This document shows positions 8,658 to 16,531 of a stretch of 17,364 bases of DNA, one piece after another; the stretch's first letter is position 1; each line of letters begins with the position of its first letter. A program made the translations under genes and the position numbers. Source of the DNA: Planctomycetota bacterium (GTDB lineage: Bacteria > Planctomycetota > UBA1135); NCBI GenBank assembly GCA_045047305.1, contig JASFYO010000071.1, positions 1 to 17,364 on the forward strand, in the 5' to 3' direction. The notes under the pieces are model-generated. The model did no database searches and was not told where the DNA came from. It was given only the letters and a program-made list of their open reading frames with translations.

Positions 8658-9812
8658 TTACAGCAAGACGAGAGTGAGGAGCGGGGTCAGGATGAACATC
8701 ACGAAGATGTAAACCAAAACAGTAACTTTGTTACGCACGGCTGCAATGGCTAGGCCTCGCGCCATACGGATAGGGATGCCACGCATAAAGCGGAAAGGGT
8801 AAATCATTCCGGTTGCCAGCACGTTAAACAGGACGTGAACCAGCGCAATGTGCAAGCCATTGATGTCCGTGGCAAGAGAAGCCAAGAACGCGGTGATGGT
8901 GGTGCCTATGTTGGCGCCGAGCATCACCGGGAAAGCGTTATCTAAAGTCAGAACGCCAGAAGCACAAAGCGGCACCATAAGGGAAGTGGTGATACTCGAG
9001 CTTTGTACCGCAAAGGTAATCAGCATGCCAATCACGATGCCAAGGATGCCTGCCTTCCGCAAAGCTTTGTTGACCGCTTTCTCCGCCTTATCGGCAATGA
9101 CCTTGCGCATAAGTTTCGTAATCGCAGTAAGCGAGATGAAAATAAGGACCAAGCCAATCAGCAGCATCATGGTGGACAACCAGCCACCGGAAGCCCCCGT
9201 AGATTCAAACAAACTCTGCACCCAATGCGAAACTTCCTTAACCGCTGATTTAATTGGGCTATTGAATTGGCCCCCAGCATCCCCAACCGGCAACATATGT
9301 GCGAGCCAGCCTGCCCAGGTAGAAAGGAATCCGGTCATCACTTGAAGCGGCAAGAAAATCGCCACCGCAAGTATGTTGAAGAAGTCATGAACCGTGGCTG
9401 CCGCGAATGCGCGGCGGAAGTCGGCACGTCGGCCCATGCTGCCTAGCGACACCAAAGTGTTGGTAATCGTGGTGCCGATGTTGGCACCCATAATCATGGG
9501 AACCGCAAGTTCCACGGTGAGAGTCCCGGATCCAACCAAAGCCACAATGGTGGACGTCGTTACCGAAGAAGACTGCACCAGGACGGTGGCCAAAATTCCA
9601 GCTGCCAGACCAGCAAGCGGATTCGAAACACCCTGAAACAGGTTATCCGTGTAATCCGCACCAAGAATTTTGATCCCAGATTCGAGTAGCTTAATCGAGA
9701 CCAGGAAGAAAAATAGCAACCCAATGAGGCCTGCTATCCGTGCCACCATGGAGGCGGCTCCGGATTCCGGGGACGATGGCGCCTGGGAGGAAGGCGAGTT
9801 TGAGGAAGTCAT
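8658..9812 (-). CDS. nptA: Na+/phosphate cotransporter (SLC34/NptA family)
   Basis: Two copies of the family repeat: VQSSSVTTS...IMGANIGTTIT and VQSSSITTS...MLGANIGTTIT. Also AATVHDFFN, HVLFN and multiple TM helices. Confidence 0.93.
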   Translation of the reverse strand: MTSSNSPSSQAPSSPESGAASMVARIAGLIGLLFFFLVSIKLLESGIKILGADYTDNLFQGVSNPLAGLAAGILATVLVQSSSVTTSTIVALVGSGTLTVELAVPMIMGANIGTTITNTLVSLGSMGRRADFRRAFAAATVHDFFNILAVAIFLPLQVMTGFLSTWAGWLAHMLPVGDAGGQFNSPIKSAVKEVSHWVQSLFESTGASGGWLSTMMLLIGLVLIFISLTAITKLMRKVIADKAEKAVNKALRKAGILGIVIGMLITFAVQSSSITTSLMVPLCASGVLTLDNAFPVMLGANIGTTITAFLASLATDINGLHIALVHVLFNVLATGMIYPFRFMRGIPIRMARGLAIAAVRNKVTVLVYIFVMFILTPLLTLVLL

Positions 9813-9841
9813 GGGGGGCTCGTGGATTTCTGCTGACTATG

Positions 9842-10408
9842 CTACCGACGCCCTTTCCATTCACGCTGCAGCAAGCCAAGAAAAACACTGTCTTGGACTT
9901 CTCCATGCACACGCCAGCGCTCACGCAGCAAGCCCTCGCGCTGAAACCCCTGTTTTTCAAAGAGTGCTAAGGAACGCAGATTATTAGGGTCAACATCGGC
10001 CTCCAAACGGAGTAGTTCCAGTTTATGGAAGGCGAACTGGATGACGGTTTCAAGAGCTTCCGAGGCCAATCCTTGCCCCCAAGAAACCTCGCCCATGATA
10101 ATTCCGATTTCACTTCGCTTCTGGCTAAGGTCGACTCGGACTAAAGAACAAGTCCCAATGATAGTATTTGTCTCCCGAAGGCAAATTCCCCACTGCAGAA
10201 TCGACTTTGCTGCAAAGTTTCGCTGAATCGAAGCAACATAGTCCGCGGCCTGGCTTGGCTGACTCCAAGCTGAGGAACTCCAATATTTCATGACCTCTGG
10301 ATTCCCAAAGACTGCAAACAAATCAGGGCAGTCTGCAAAGCTTAGCCAACGCAGATCCAAACGCTCTGCAGCGAGAGTCGGAAGCTTATTCCCCCACACA
10401 ATGCTCAT
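9842..10408 (-). CDS. GNAT N-acetyltransferase, RimJ/RimL family
   Basis: LPTLAAERLDLR, PEVMKYW, SEIG, the acetyl-CoA motif WGQGLASEAL, DPNNLRSLALFEKQGFQREGLLRERW and GLLQREW. Confidence 0.93.
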   Translation of the reverse strand: MSIVWGNKLPTLAAERLDLRWLSFADCPDLFAVFGNPEVMKYWSSSAWSQPSQAADYVASIQRNFAAKSILQWGICLRETNTIIGTCSLVRVDLSQKRSEIGIIMGEVSWGQGLASEALETVIQFAFHKLELLRLEADVDPNNLRSLALFEKQGFQREGLLRERWRVHGEVQDSVFLGLLQREWKGRR

Positions 10409-10767
10409 GGCTTAAGCCTCAGCCCCCGCAAGATCCCGTAATTCCTGCAGCCGTTGGCCCTGGAAGTCAAAGCAAGACTTGGTCGCCGCATGTTGGCATC
10501 CACCAGTTCTAGAAACCGAGCCGTGGCTTGGCAGAGTGGAGCCAAACGGCCCAAAGCGGTCAAACTCCCCCACGCCATACAGCTGTCTTTATGCTCAAGC
10601 AGATCCAGCGCATCATGGCGCAGAGGCTTTTCTTTATGCGCAAAGGTATCGACTAATTCTTGGCTACCTTTGGTGTCTCGTTTAGCAACCAACTGAAGGG
10701 CATGCTCAACATTGGGCACCTCATCTCGCCGCCCAAAGGAAGACGCGAGATGTTTGAGAACAGACAT
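10405..10767 (-). pseudogene. Probable internally deleted remnant of a HEAT/ARM-like hypothetical protein
   Basis: The N-terminus MSVLKHLASSFGRRDEVPN and the segment LLEHKDSCMAWGSLTAL resemble a ~200-aa helical hypothetical family I recall (LASSLGRRDEVPN...LLxSKNNRLVWGAMxAL). The intervening and C-terminal parts appear to be missing. The frame is still open, with an ATGA overlap with the GNAT. Confidence 0.5.
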
Positions 10768-10775
10768 GCCTTAGC

Positions 10776-11351
10776 TTACGAAGACTTCTTCACAAACTGT
10801 GTCAAGATCACAATTTTTTGTCCATTCACCCGCCCTTCGATGTGCTCCGCATTATCTGGAACCAAAGTGATTCCACGTACCGCGGTTCCACGCTTGGCAG
10901 TAAATCCGCCACCCTTCACCACCAAGTCCTTGATTAAAGTAACGGTGTCACCCGATTCTAATGCGCTACCGTTGCTATCGACATGCTTAACCTCGGCCTC
11001 TTCTTCGAGGTCATCGGAAAACGATTGCGCCCATTGGAGAGTGTCTTCGTCCAGGTAAAGCATGTCACATAAATCACGCGCCCAACTTTCAGAGCTCAGG
11101 CGTTTCAACATGCGCCAGGACATCACTTGGACGGCTGGAACCTCACTCCACATACAGTCGTTTAGGCAACGCCAGTGGTTGGGATCCATGGGACTAGCTT
11201 TGCTGACCTGCGCTTGACAGGTTGCACAGGCCAGTAGGTTGCGATCAGCGGCGCCCTCCGCGTCTGGCGGCACAGGAATGGAGGCGAGTTGATCAGTGCC
11301 AGTGCACATTTCACACTTGGCGCCACTGCGTTCGAGAAGGATTTTTTGCAT
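10776..11351 (-). CDS. phnA: PhnA (YjdM-type) domain protein, long form with N-terminal CxxC...CxxC zinc-binding region
   Basis: ERSGAKCEMC...CATC, HWRCLNDCMWSEVPAVQV, and the C-terminal PhnA domain DSNGSALESGDTVTLIKDLVVKGGGFTAKRGTAVRGI...FVKK. Start placed at ATG 11351 (GGAG upstream), since the track start at 11450 overlaps the divergent gene. This is not the phosphonoacetate hydrolase PhnA. Confidence 0.9.
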   Translation of the reverse strand: MQKILLERSGAKCEMCTGTDQLASIPVPPDAEGAADRNLLACATCQAQVSKASPMDPNHWRCLNDCMWSEVPAVQVMSWRMLKRLSSESWARDLCDMLYLDEDTLQWAQSFSDDLEEEAEVKHVDSNGSALESGDTVTLIKDLVVKGGGFTAKRGTAVRGITLVPDNAEHIEGRVNGQKIVILTQFVKKSS

Positions 11352-11413
11352 GAGTGAGATTTCTCCGCCGCGAATGATACGAATGCTGGGACAAAACGTC
11401 GAGCCTGAACGGG

Positions 11414-11423
11414 ATGCTAGGCT
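11414..11423. promoter_or_regulatory. Putative bidirectional promoter core ATGCTAGGCT
   Basis: + strand TGc-TAGGCT (extended -10 pattern) 12 nt before ATG 11436. - strand TAGCAT facing phnA. The two hexamers share the central TA. Confidence 0.4.
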
Positions 11424-11435
11424 GAAGAAGATTTC

Positions 11436-12842
11436 ATGCTTACGCTCCACCGCTCCCTATTCTGGCTACTTTTATTCAGCCTTAGTGCGCAAACCTCCAC
11501 CACCAGTTATGCGCAAACTGCCTTTGAGAAGAAACAGCAAGATGCTTTTGCAGAGGCTGGAAAGCGCCATCTAGAACTTGGTATGTGGTGCCGCAAACGA
11601 GGCCTAGATGCACAGGCTTCGGCGCAATTCTACGCTGCAGTAGAGGCGTCGCAAGGCGAATACATCCCGGCAAAACGCTTGTTAAGCGTCATGAAGGGCT
11701 ATGGCGATGCCTTTTGGAAAGATCGTCCCACGGCCAAGCGGGCGACCTTTTCTGCCTATGCCAAGAAAGCGAAAAAGATGCATCAGGACGATGAGAAAGG
11801 TCGTCTGGCCTTAGCCAAGTATGCTTGGAAAAAGAAGATGCCGGTCGAAGCCGAAGCGGAATATGAATCCATCCTGCGCAAACGTGCTGAGCCTCTTAAC
11901 TTCGACAAACAAGGTAAGCTCAAAGTTGCTGGCACCCCGATTCCAGATGAATTATCGCAAAAGTTCCTGGACCGCGCCGTCGCAATTAACGATGTCCTGT
12001 ATCTACGTGATGAGTTTCTCAGCCTTATTCCAGACATCAATGCCATTCAGCAAGTGGAATCGGAAGCCTTACGCGTGCGCTCCACGCTCACGCTTGAGGA
12101 AACCCAAAAGCTATTTCAATTAGCCGAGGCCTTAATGCCACACCTGGAAGAGACGCTGCATGCGCGACCGGGCGTGAGGCTCAATCTGTTTCTTTTCCCG
12201 GACCGCGTTTCCTATGAGGCCTATATCGACACCATCCAAAAGCCAGCGCTCAAAGCCGTCACTGGGTTTGCTCAAGGAAACGGCTTCACGGCTGTCGTTT
12301 GCATGGAAGGATTAGATCTAGAGTCTCTCTATGCCGTGACCCTGCACGAACTCACTCACCTTTACACCATGAGTGTTTCCCGTTCCGTCATGCCAAGTTG
12401 GTATGCCGAGGGATTTGCGGAATACTTCGCCGGCCAGGGCACTATGCAATGGGATGGAACCACCCTTCTCACACGCGGACGCATGGCCGACCACCGCATT
12501 GCTTCCTTGGCCAATCCCGCTGATCGCTTCACGCTCAACGCCTTGCTCTCCGCCGACGCATTGAGCTTGTTTGCAGAAGACAGCGATAAAGCACTGCGCT
12601 TTTATGTACAGTCCTGGGCCTTCATGCGTTTCATGCGTTTAGAGGCCGATAAGCAAGTACGGCAAAAGTTTTTGCAATGGGAAGCGCAATGTCACGGTGG
12701 TGCATTGGGCGCGGAACTTGGAAATGCATGGGCATCCAATAGTGCTCCAGCCATGGATTTATTTTATCGCAAGTTCGGCGAGGACTTGGAATTACTCGAC
12801 ATTGAATTCCAGAATTGGCTACAGGGTGTCATTGAATCATGA
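11436..12842 (+). CDS. Secreted zincin-like metalloprotein (DUF1570 / peptidase MA-like)
   Basis: Signal peptide ending SLSA|Q or SYA|Q. LHELTH (HExxH) followed by PSWYAEGFAEYF (gluzincin third-ligand motif) and FYVQSWAFMRF. N-terminal helical HLELGMWCRKRGL repeat. Confidence 0.82.
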   Translation: MLTLHRSLFWLLLFSLSAQTSTTSYAQTAFEKKQQDAFAEAGKRHLELGMWCRKRGLDAQASAQFYAAVEASQGEYIPAKRLLSVMKGYGDAFWKDRPTAKRATFSAYAKKAKKMHQDDEKGRLALAKYAWKKKMPVEAEAEYESILRKRAEPLNFDKQGKLKVAGTPIPDELSQKFLDRAVAINDVLYLRDEFLSLIPDINAIQQVESEALRVRSTLTLEETQKLFQLAEALMPHLEETLHARPGVRLNLFLFPDRVSYEAYIDTIQKPALKAVTGFAQGNGFTAVVCMEGLDLESLYAVTLHELTHLYTMSVSRSVMPSWYAEGFAEYFAGQGTMQWDGTTLLTRGRMADHRIASLANPADRFTLNALLSADALSLFAEDSDKALRFYVQSWAFMRFMRLEADKQVRQKFLQWEAQCHGGALGAELGNAWASNSAPAMDLFYRKFGEDLELLDIEFQNWLQGVIES

Positions 12843-14860
12843 GCGTAAAAACAGCAACACTCTTTCTGCTAACTTGCATGGTTGGACCAGCGGCTTATGC
12901 GCAGGAATGGGACACCTATAAAGCTGGGAGCCTCGCTCAAGTCAAGGCGGCGGTAGAGAGTTTCGCCCCAGGTATTACCCTTGAATCGAGAAACGATATT
13001 GGGATTACGGCCTTGGCTCTGGCCGCGCAATACAACCCCCATCCGGAAGTCGTCTCTTGGCTCATTGCGCAAGGAGCAGATATCGAGGCAAGAAGCACTC
13101 AACGCTCTACCCCACTTTTCTTCGCCGTTGCGAACCCCAACCCCGCTGCAGCAAAGCTCCTGCTAAACCACGGCGCCAAAGTTCACGCGAGAAATGAGAA
13201 AGGCATGACGCCGATGATGGCTGCAGCTTCGTGGGGAGTGAATCCAGACATCTTCGCGACTCTGATTCTCGCTGGTGCCGAGGTACAGGCGGTCGACCAC
13301 AAAAGCTGGACCAGCCTTCACTATGCTGCAGCGGACAATAGCAATCCTGTCTTCATCCAAGACTTGCTCACAGCTGGCGCAAAACTGCGCGCGCGCTCCA
13401 ACACCAATGGGACTCCCTTAATGTTTGCTGCCTCCAGCAACTCAAACCCTGAAGTTCTCGCCGCGCTGATTGAAGCTGGCGCTGACTTAGAAGCAGTCGA
13501 TGTAGACGCCTGGACAGCCCTTCACCTTGCCGCTGCAAGCAATCCAGAGCCCGCTATTTTGGCCTACCTACTTGAGGCTGGAGCCTCCATCAACCGCGTG
13601 AATATCCATGGAAGTAGTGTATTGGAATCGGCCATCGCCTGGAATCCAAACGGAGATGTGCTGCTCCCGATACTCCAAGCAGGAGTCAACCTAGAGGCAC
13701 AAGATTCGCTGGGCTATACCCCATTACTTGATGCAGCCAAGAGTCGCGAGGAACCAGAATTCGTGCAATATTTACTTGAGGCTGGAGCCAATGTGCATGC
13801 CGTAACCAAGGAGGACCGCTGGACGGCTCTTGCTCTAGCTGCATATTCCAACCCGAATCCCAAGGTGCATCAGTTACTGCTCGACTCGGGCGCAAACGTA
13901 AATAAGAGAATCCGTGGTGGAAAAACGGCGTTGATTTTTGCTGCACAAAACAATCCCAACCCACAGGTGATTCGAGTGCTGTTGAATGCGGGTGCAAAGC
14001 TGAAAGCGACTGGAGTAGACCACATGACACCATTCCTATCCTCGGTGGAGTTCAATCCGAATCTTGAAATCTGCAAGGCTCTAGTTTTTGCCGGGGCCGA
14101 GGTGAATGCTAAAGCGAAACCTTCCTGGACCGCCATGACCTTTGCCGCCGATGGCTTGTACGATGAAGCCGGTGCGTCTCTACCGGACTACGAACGCATT
14201 GAGTTCCTACTCAGCGCTGGCTGTAGCCCTCAAGTATTCAACTGGTTGGGCCTGACTCCGCTCATGACCATTACAAGTACGAGCACCGACCCGGACTTGG
14301 TCCAACTCCTACTGGATTATGGTGCACAACTTGATTTGCAAGATCCTCTTGGACGCACCGCCTTTCAAATCGCTGCAGCGGAAAACCTCAGTTCCGATGT
14401 GCTCAAGGTTTTCCTTGATGCCGGGTGCGATATCGAGGCAACGCGTTCCTCCGATGGCTTCACAGCCCTGCATTTCGCTGCACAAAGCAACACCAACCCC
14501 GAGGTCACTCGCGCTCTTCTTCGTGGCGGCGCAGATGTGCATGCCATAACGGAAACTGGCTATACCGCCCTTCTCCTTGCAACACCAAGAGAGTCACGCC
14601 TAGCCATAGTGAAGCTTCTAGTTTCGGCTGGAGCCGATATCGAACTCGCCAGCCCACGCGGATTCACCCCCTTACTGAGTGCTGCACACAACAACTCCAA
14701 TGCCAAGACGGTCTTCTTCCTCCTGGAATCGGGGGCGGACAAAAACAAACTCAGCAAAAAGGGTAAAAGCGCTTGGGATCTCGTCCGCGAGAATCCATTG
14801 CTAAGGATGGACCGTGATTTTATACGGCTAAAATCGGCACTCAAGCCCGACCAAGAATAG
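12839..14860 (+). CDS. Secreted ankyrin-repeat protein (~17 repeats)
   Basis: Signal peptide ...GPAAYA|Q. Seventeen mostly 34-aa repeats GxT(P/A)LxxAAxxNxNPxxxxxLLxAGAxxxA plus caps. ATGA overlap with the zincin gene. Confidence 0.95.
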   Translation: MSVKTATLFLLTCMVGPAAYAQEWDTYKAGSLAQVKAAVESFAPGITLESRNDIGITALALAAQYNPHPEVVSWLIAQGADIEARSTQRSTPLFFAVANPNPAAAKLLLNHGAKVHARNEKGMTPMMAAASWGVNPDIFATLILAGAEVQAVDHKSWTSLHYAAADNSNPVFIQDLLTAGAKLRARSNTNGTPLMFAASSNSNPEVLAALIEAGADLEAVDVDAWTALHLAAASNPEPAILAYLLEAGASINRVNIHGSSVLESAIAWNPNGDVLLPILQAGVNLEAQDSLGYTPLLDAAKSREEPEFVQYLLEAGANVHAVTKEDRWTALALAAYSNPNPKVHQLLLDSGANVNKRIRGGKTALIFAAQNNPNPQVIRVLLNAGAKLKATGVDHMTPFLSSVEFNPNLEICKALVFAGAEVNAKAKPSWTAMTFAADGLYDEAGASLPDYERIEFLLSAGCSPQVFNWLGLTPLMTITSTSTDPDLVQLLLDYGAQLDLQDPLGRTAFQIAAAENLSSDVLKVFLDAGCDIEATRSSDGFTALHFAAQSNTNPEVTRALLRGGADVHAITETGYTALLLATPRESRLAIVKLLVSAGADIELASPRGFTPLLSAAHNNSNAKTVFFLLESGADKNKLSKKGKSAWDLVRENPLLRMDRDFIRLKSALKPDQE

Positions 14861-14937
14861 CCTCAAACTTGGCTGGCCAAAAAGCCCACAAGTCCGGAAT
14901 CGCCCGTAATGAGAATTCTACGATTCAAGTTAGGCGC

Positions 14938-15555
14938 CTATTCATCATCTTTTGCAAAGGGTAAGTGTGCATAATATTTGGGCCTATCATCCAAACGCAC
15001 GTGCAACCAATCGACGCCGCCGCCGGCCGTGCTAAGCCAAACCGGTTTTGCGGAAACGCGTGATTGCATGGTCTTGCCGACCAACTGCCAGAAAGCATGC
15101 TGCTGAGCCTTCGCTGCATTACGAGAGAAGGCCGCAAGGTGGGCATAGCAATCATTTCCTCGCTGCGGACAAGGTGCAATCATAATTCCATCGTGCCCCA
15201 AATTGGGAAAGGCCACTGCCGCGACTTCTGGACCCTGCCTAAAATACTCAGCGAAGTCTCGAGGGTTGGCTGGGACATCAAGGTAAGGACTGTCCAAAAG
15301 CACGAATTCAAATTTGCGCTCGAGTAAATCATTGCTGACTTCTGGCGTTTCCCAGCGTAAAGCTGAGAATGGAGACTCGGCAATGAGCTGGATGAGAAGG
15401 TTGCGAAAATGTTCCTCACTTTGCAGCGCCGAAATCGCTGAAGCAAAACTCAATACCGTCCCTTTTTGCAGCAAAGTAAAATGCAAGACTTTCCCTTCGC
15501 AGGAGGATTGCGCTTGCCAAGTCCAGCTTTGCTTGTCCGACATTTGCCTCATCAT
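14938..15555 (-). CDS. Conserved hypothetical protein (DUF6940-like)
   Basis: Motifs LRWETP, FEFVLLDSP, FPNLGHDG, YAHLAAF and PVWLSTAGGGVDWLHVRLDDRPKYY match a conserved family I recognise. The DUF number is from memory. GAGGT SD upstream; alternative ATGs at 15552 and 15543. Confidence 0.8.
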   Translation of the reverse strand: MMRQMSDKQSWTWQAQSSCEGKVLHFTLLQKGTVLSFASAISALQSEEHFRNLLIQLIAESPFSALRWETPEVSNDLLERKFEFVLLDSPYLDVPANPRDFAEYFRQGPEVAAVAFPNLGHDGIMIAPCPQRGNDCYAHLAAFSRNAAKAQQHAFWQLVGKTMQSRVSAKPVWLSTAGGGVDWLHVRLDDRPKYYAHLPFAKDDE

Positions 15556-15579
15556 AAATGCGCCACCTCATCGAAACGG

Positions 15580-15589
15580 AGGCTAGGAT
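15580..15589. promoter_or_regulatory. Putative bidirectional promoter core AGGCTAGGAT
   Basis: Lies in a 40-bp divergent gap. + strand TAGGAT-gaagtc-GTG(15596). - strand TAGCCT 24 nt before ATG 15555. Confidence 0.45.
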
Positions 15590-15595
15590 GAAGTC

Positions 15596-16513
15596 GTGCT
15601 GTCCAAGCTATCCCCATTCTCGATTTACGCGCTACTTTCAGCATCAGCCTTGACCTTATTACCATTCGGCTTGTGGTGGCAAGACCCACTCACCAGCTTT
15701 CACCCTCAACTGTTGCTTTGCAGCCTGATTTTGGCAGTGCTCTTTCGCCGCCGAAAACGGGCCACAGTCGCGCTATTGCTTGCGGCCACAGCGCACGCGG
15801 TGTTTTTAGCCCCATCCCTAATTGGACATGCTCGGGCTGAATCCACGCCGCATGATTTACGTTTGCTGGTTAGTAACGTCTTAACCTCCAACACCGAACA
15901 TGCCAAACTGATTGCTTTGGTCCACGAAATCGAGCCCGATGTGATGATCTTGGTGGAAGTTAGCGAGGCTTGGGTCGATGGCATTCAAGAGCTGAAGAGC
16001 GTATTCCCCTACCGCATCACCCATCCGCGTAGCGACAACTTTGGTCTAGTCATGTGGAGCCGTTTCCCATTAGATGGAAGCGTAAAGTTTCTCGACTCCC
16101 ATCTTCCATCCATCGTTGCCACCGTTCATGCAGCTGAGCCCTTCATCCTCATTGCTGCGCACCCGATCCCACCCATCAGCCGACGGGCCACCGAAAATCG
16201 AGACTTACAGCTGGATGCCATCGCCCGCCTTGCTGCTGCATCCAAGCTGCCAGTTGTTGTTGCAGGCGATTTCAATTCAGCCGGATGGTCCCCTTCCTTG
16301 CTGAAAATACAGGCTGCAGGAGGATTGAGGAATGCCTCGCGCGGATGGGTTCCGACGTGGCCGGTTTATCTATTTCCTCTATGGGTCCCGCTCGATCACG
16401 TTCTGTACTCAGATGGAATCGGCATCACAGACTTCCACCGCGCACCCTCAATCGGTTCCGACCACTATCCGATCTATGCCGATTTAAGAGTGTTATCGAT
16501 GAACAACCCATGA
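15596..16513 (+). CDS. Membrane-anchored endonuclease/exonuclease/phosphatase (EEP) family protein
   Basis: Three N-terminal hydrophobic segments. Catalytic motifs SNV, PDVMILVEV, AHP, VAGDFN, PTWP, LDHV and GSDHYP. GTG start. Confidence 0.92.
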   Translation: MLSKLSPFSIYALLSASALTLLPFGLWWQDPLTSFHPQLLLCSLILAVLFRRRKRATVALLLAATAHAVFLAPSLIGHARAESTPHDLRLLVSNVLTSNTEHAKLIALVHEIEPDVMILVEVSEAWVDGIQELKSVFPYRITHPRSDNFGLVMWSRFPLDGSVKFLDSHLPSIVATVHAAEPFILIAAHPIPPISRRATENRDLQLDAIARLAAASKLPVVVAGDFNSAGWSPSLLKIQAAGGLRNASRGWVPTWPVYLFPLWVPLDHVLYSDGIGITDFHRAPSIGSDHYPIYADLRVLSMNNP

Positions 16514-16531
16514 TGCCTACCGATTGGCCCC

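Noticed and set aside
11352..11450. N-terminal extension of the phnA ORF in the track
   Set aside because: It overlaps the divergent gene start and promoter region. Family similarity starts at ATG 11351.
12621..12638. Tandem 9-mer TTCATGCGT x2 (FMRFMR)
   Set aside because: Only two copies, and it aligns to the family motif YxQSWAxxxFx without an insertion. Likely chance.
14861..14937. Imperfect inverted repeats in the convergent gap (AACTTG/CAAGTT, GAATCG/CGATTC): terminator or MITE?
   Set aside because: The arms are only about 6 bp and far apart, with no U-tract, no target-site duplication and no second copy in the window.
15588..15653. GGAGG-N5-ATG opening a 21-aa out-of-frame ORF (MKSCCPSY...) over the EEP start
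   Set aside because: It lies within the putative promoter and the EEP 5' end, so it is probably coincidental. It cannot be excluded without Ribo-seq or a read-level frameshift check.
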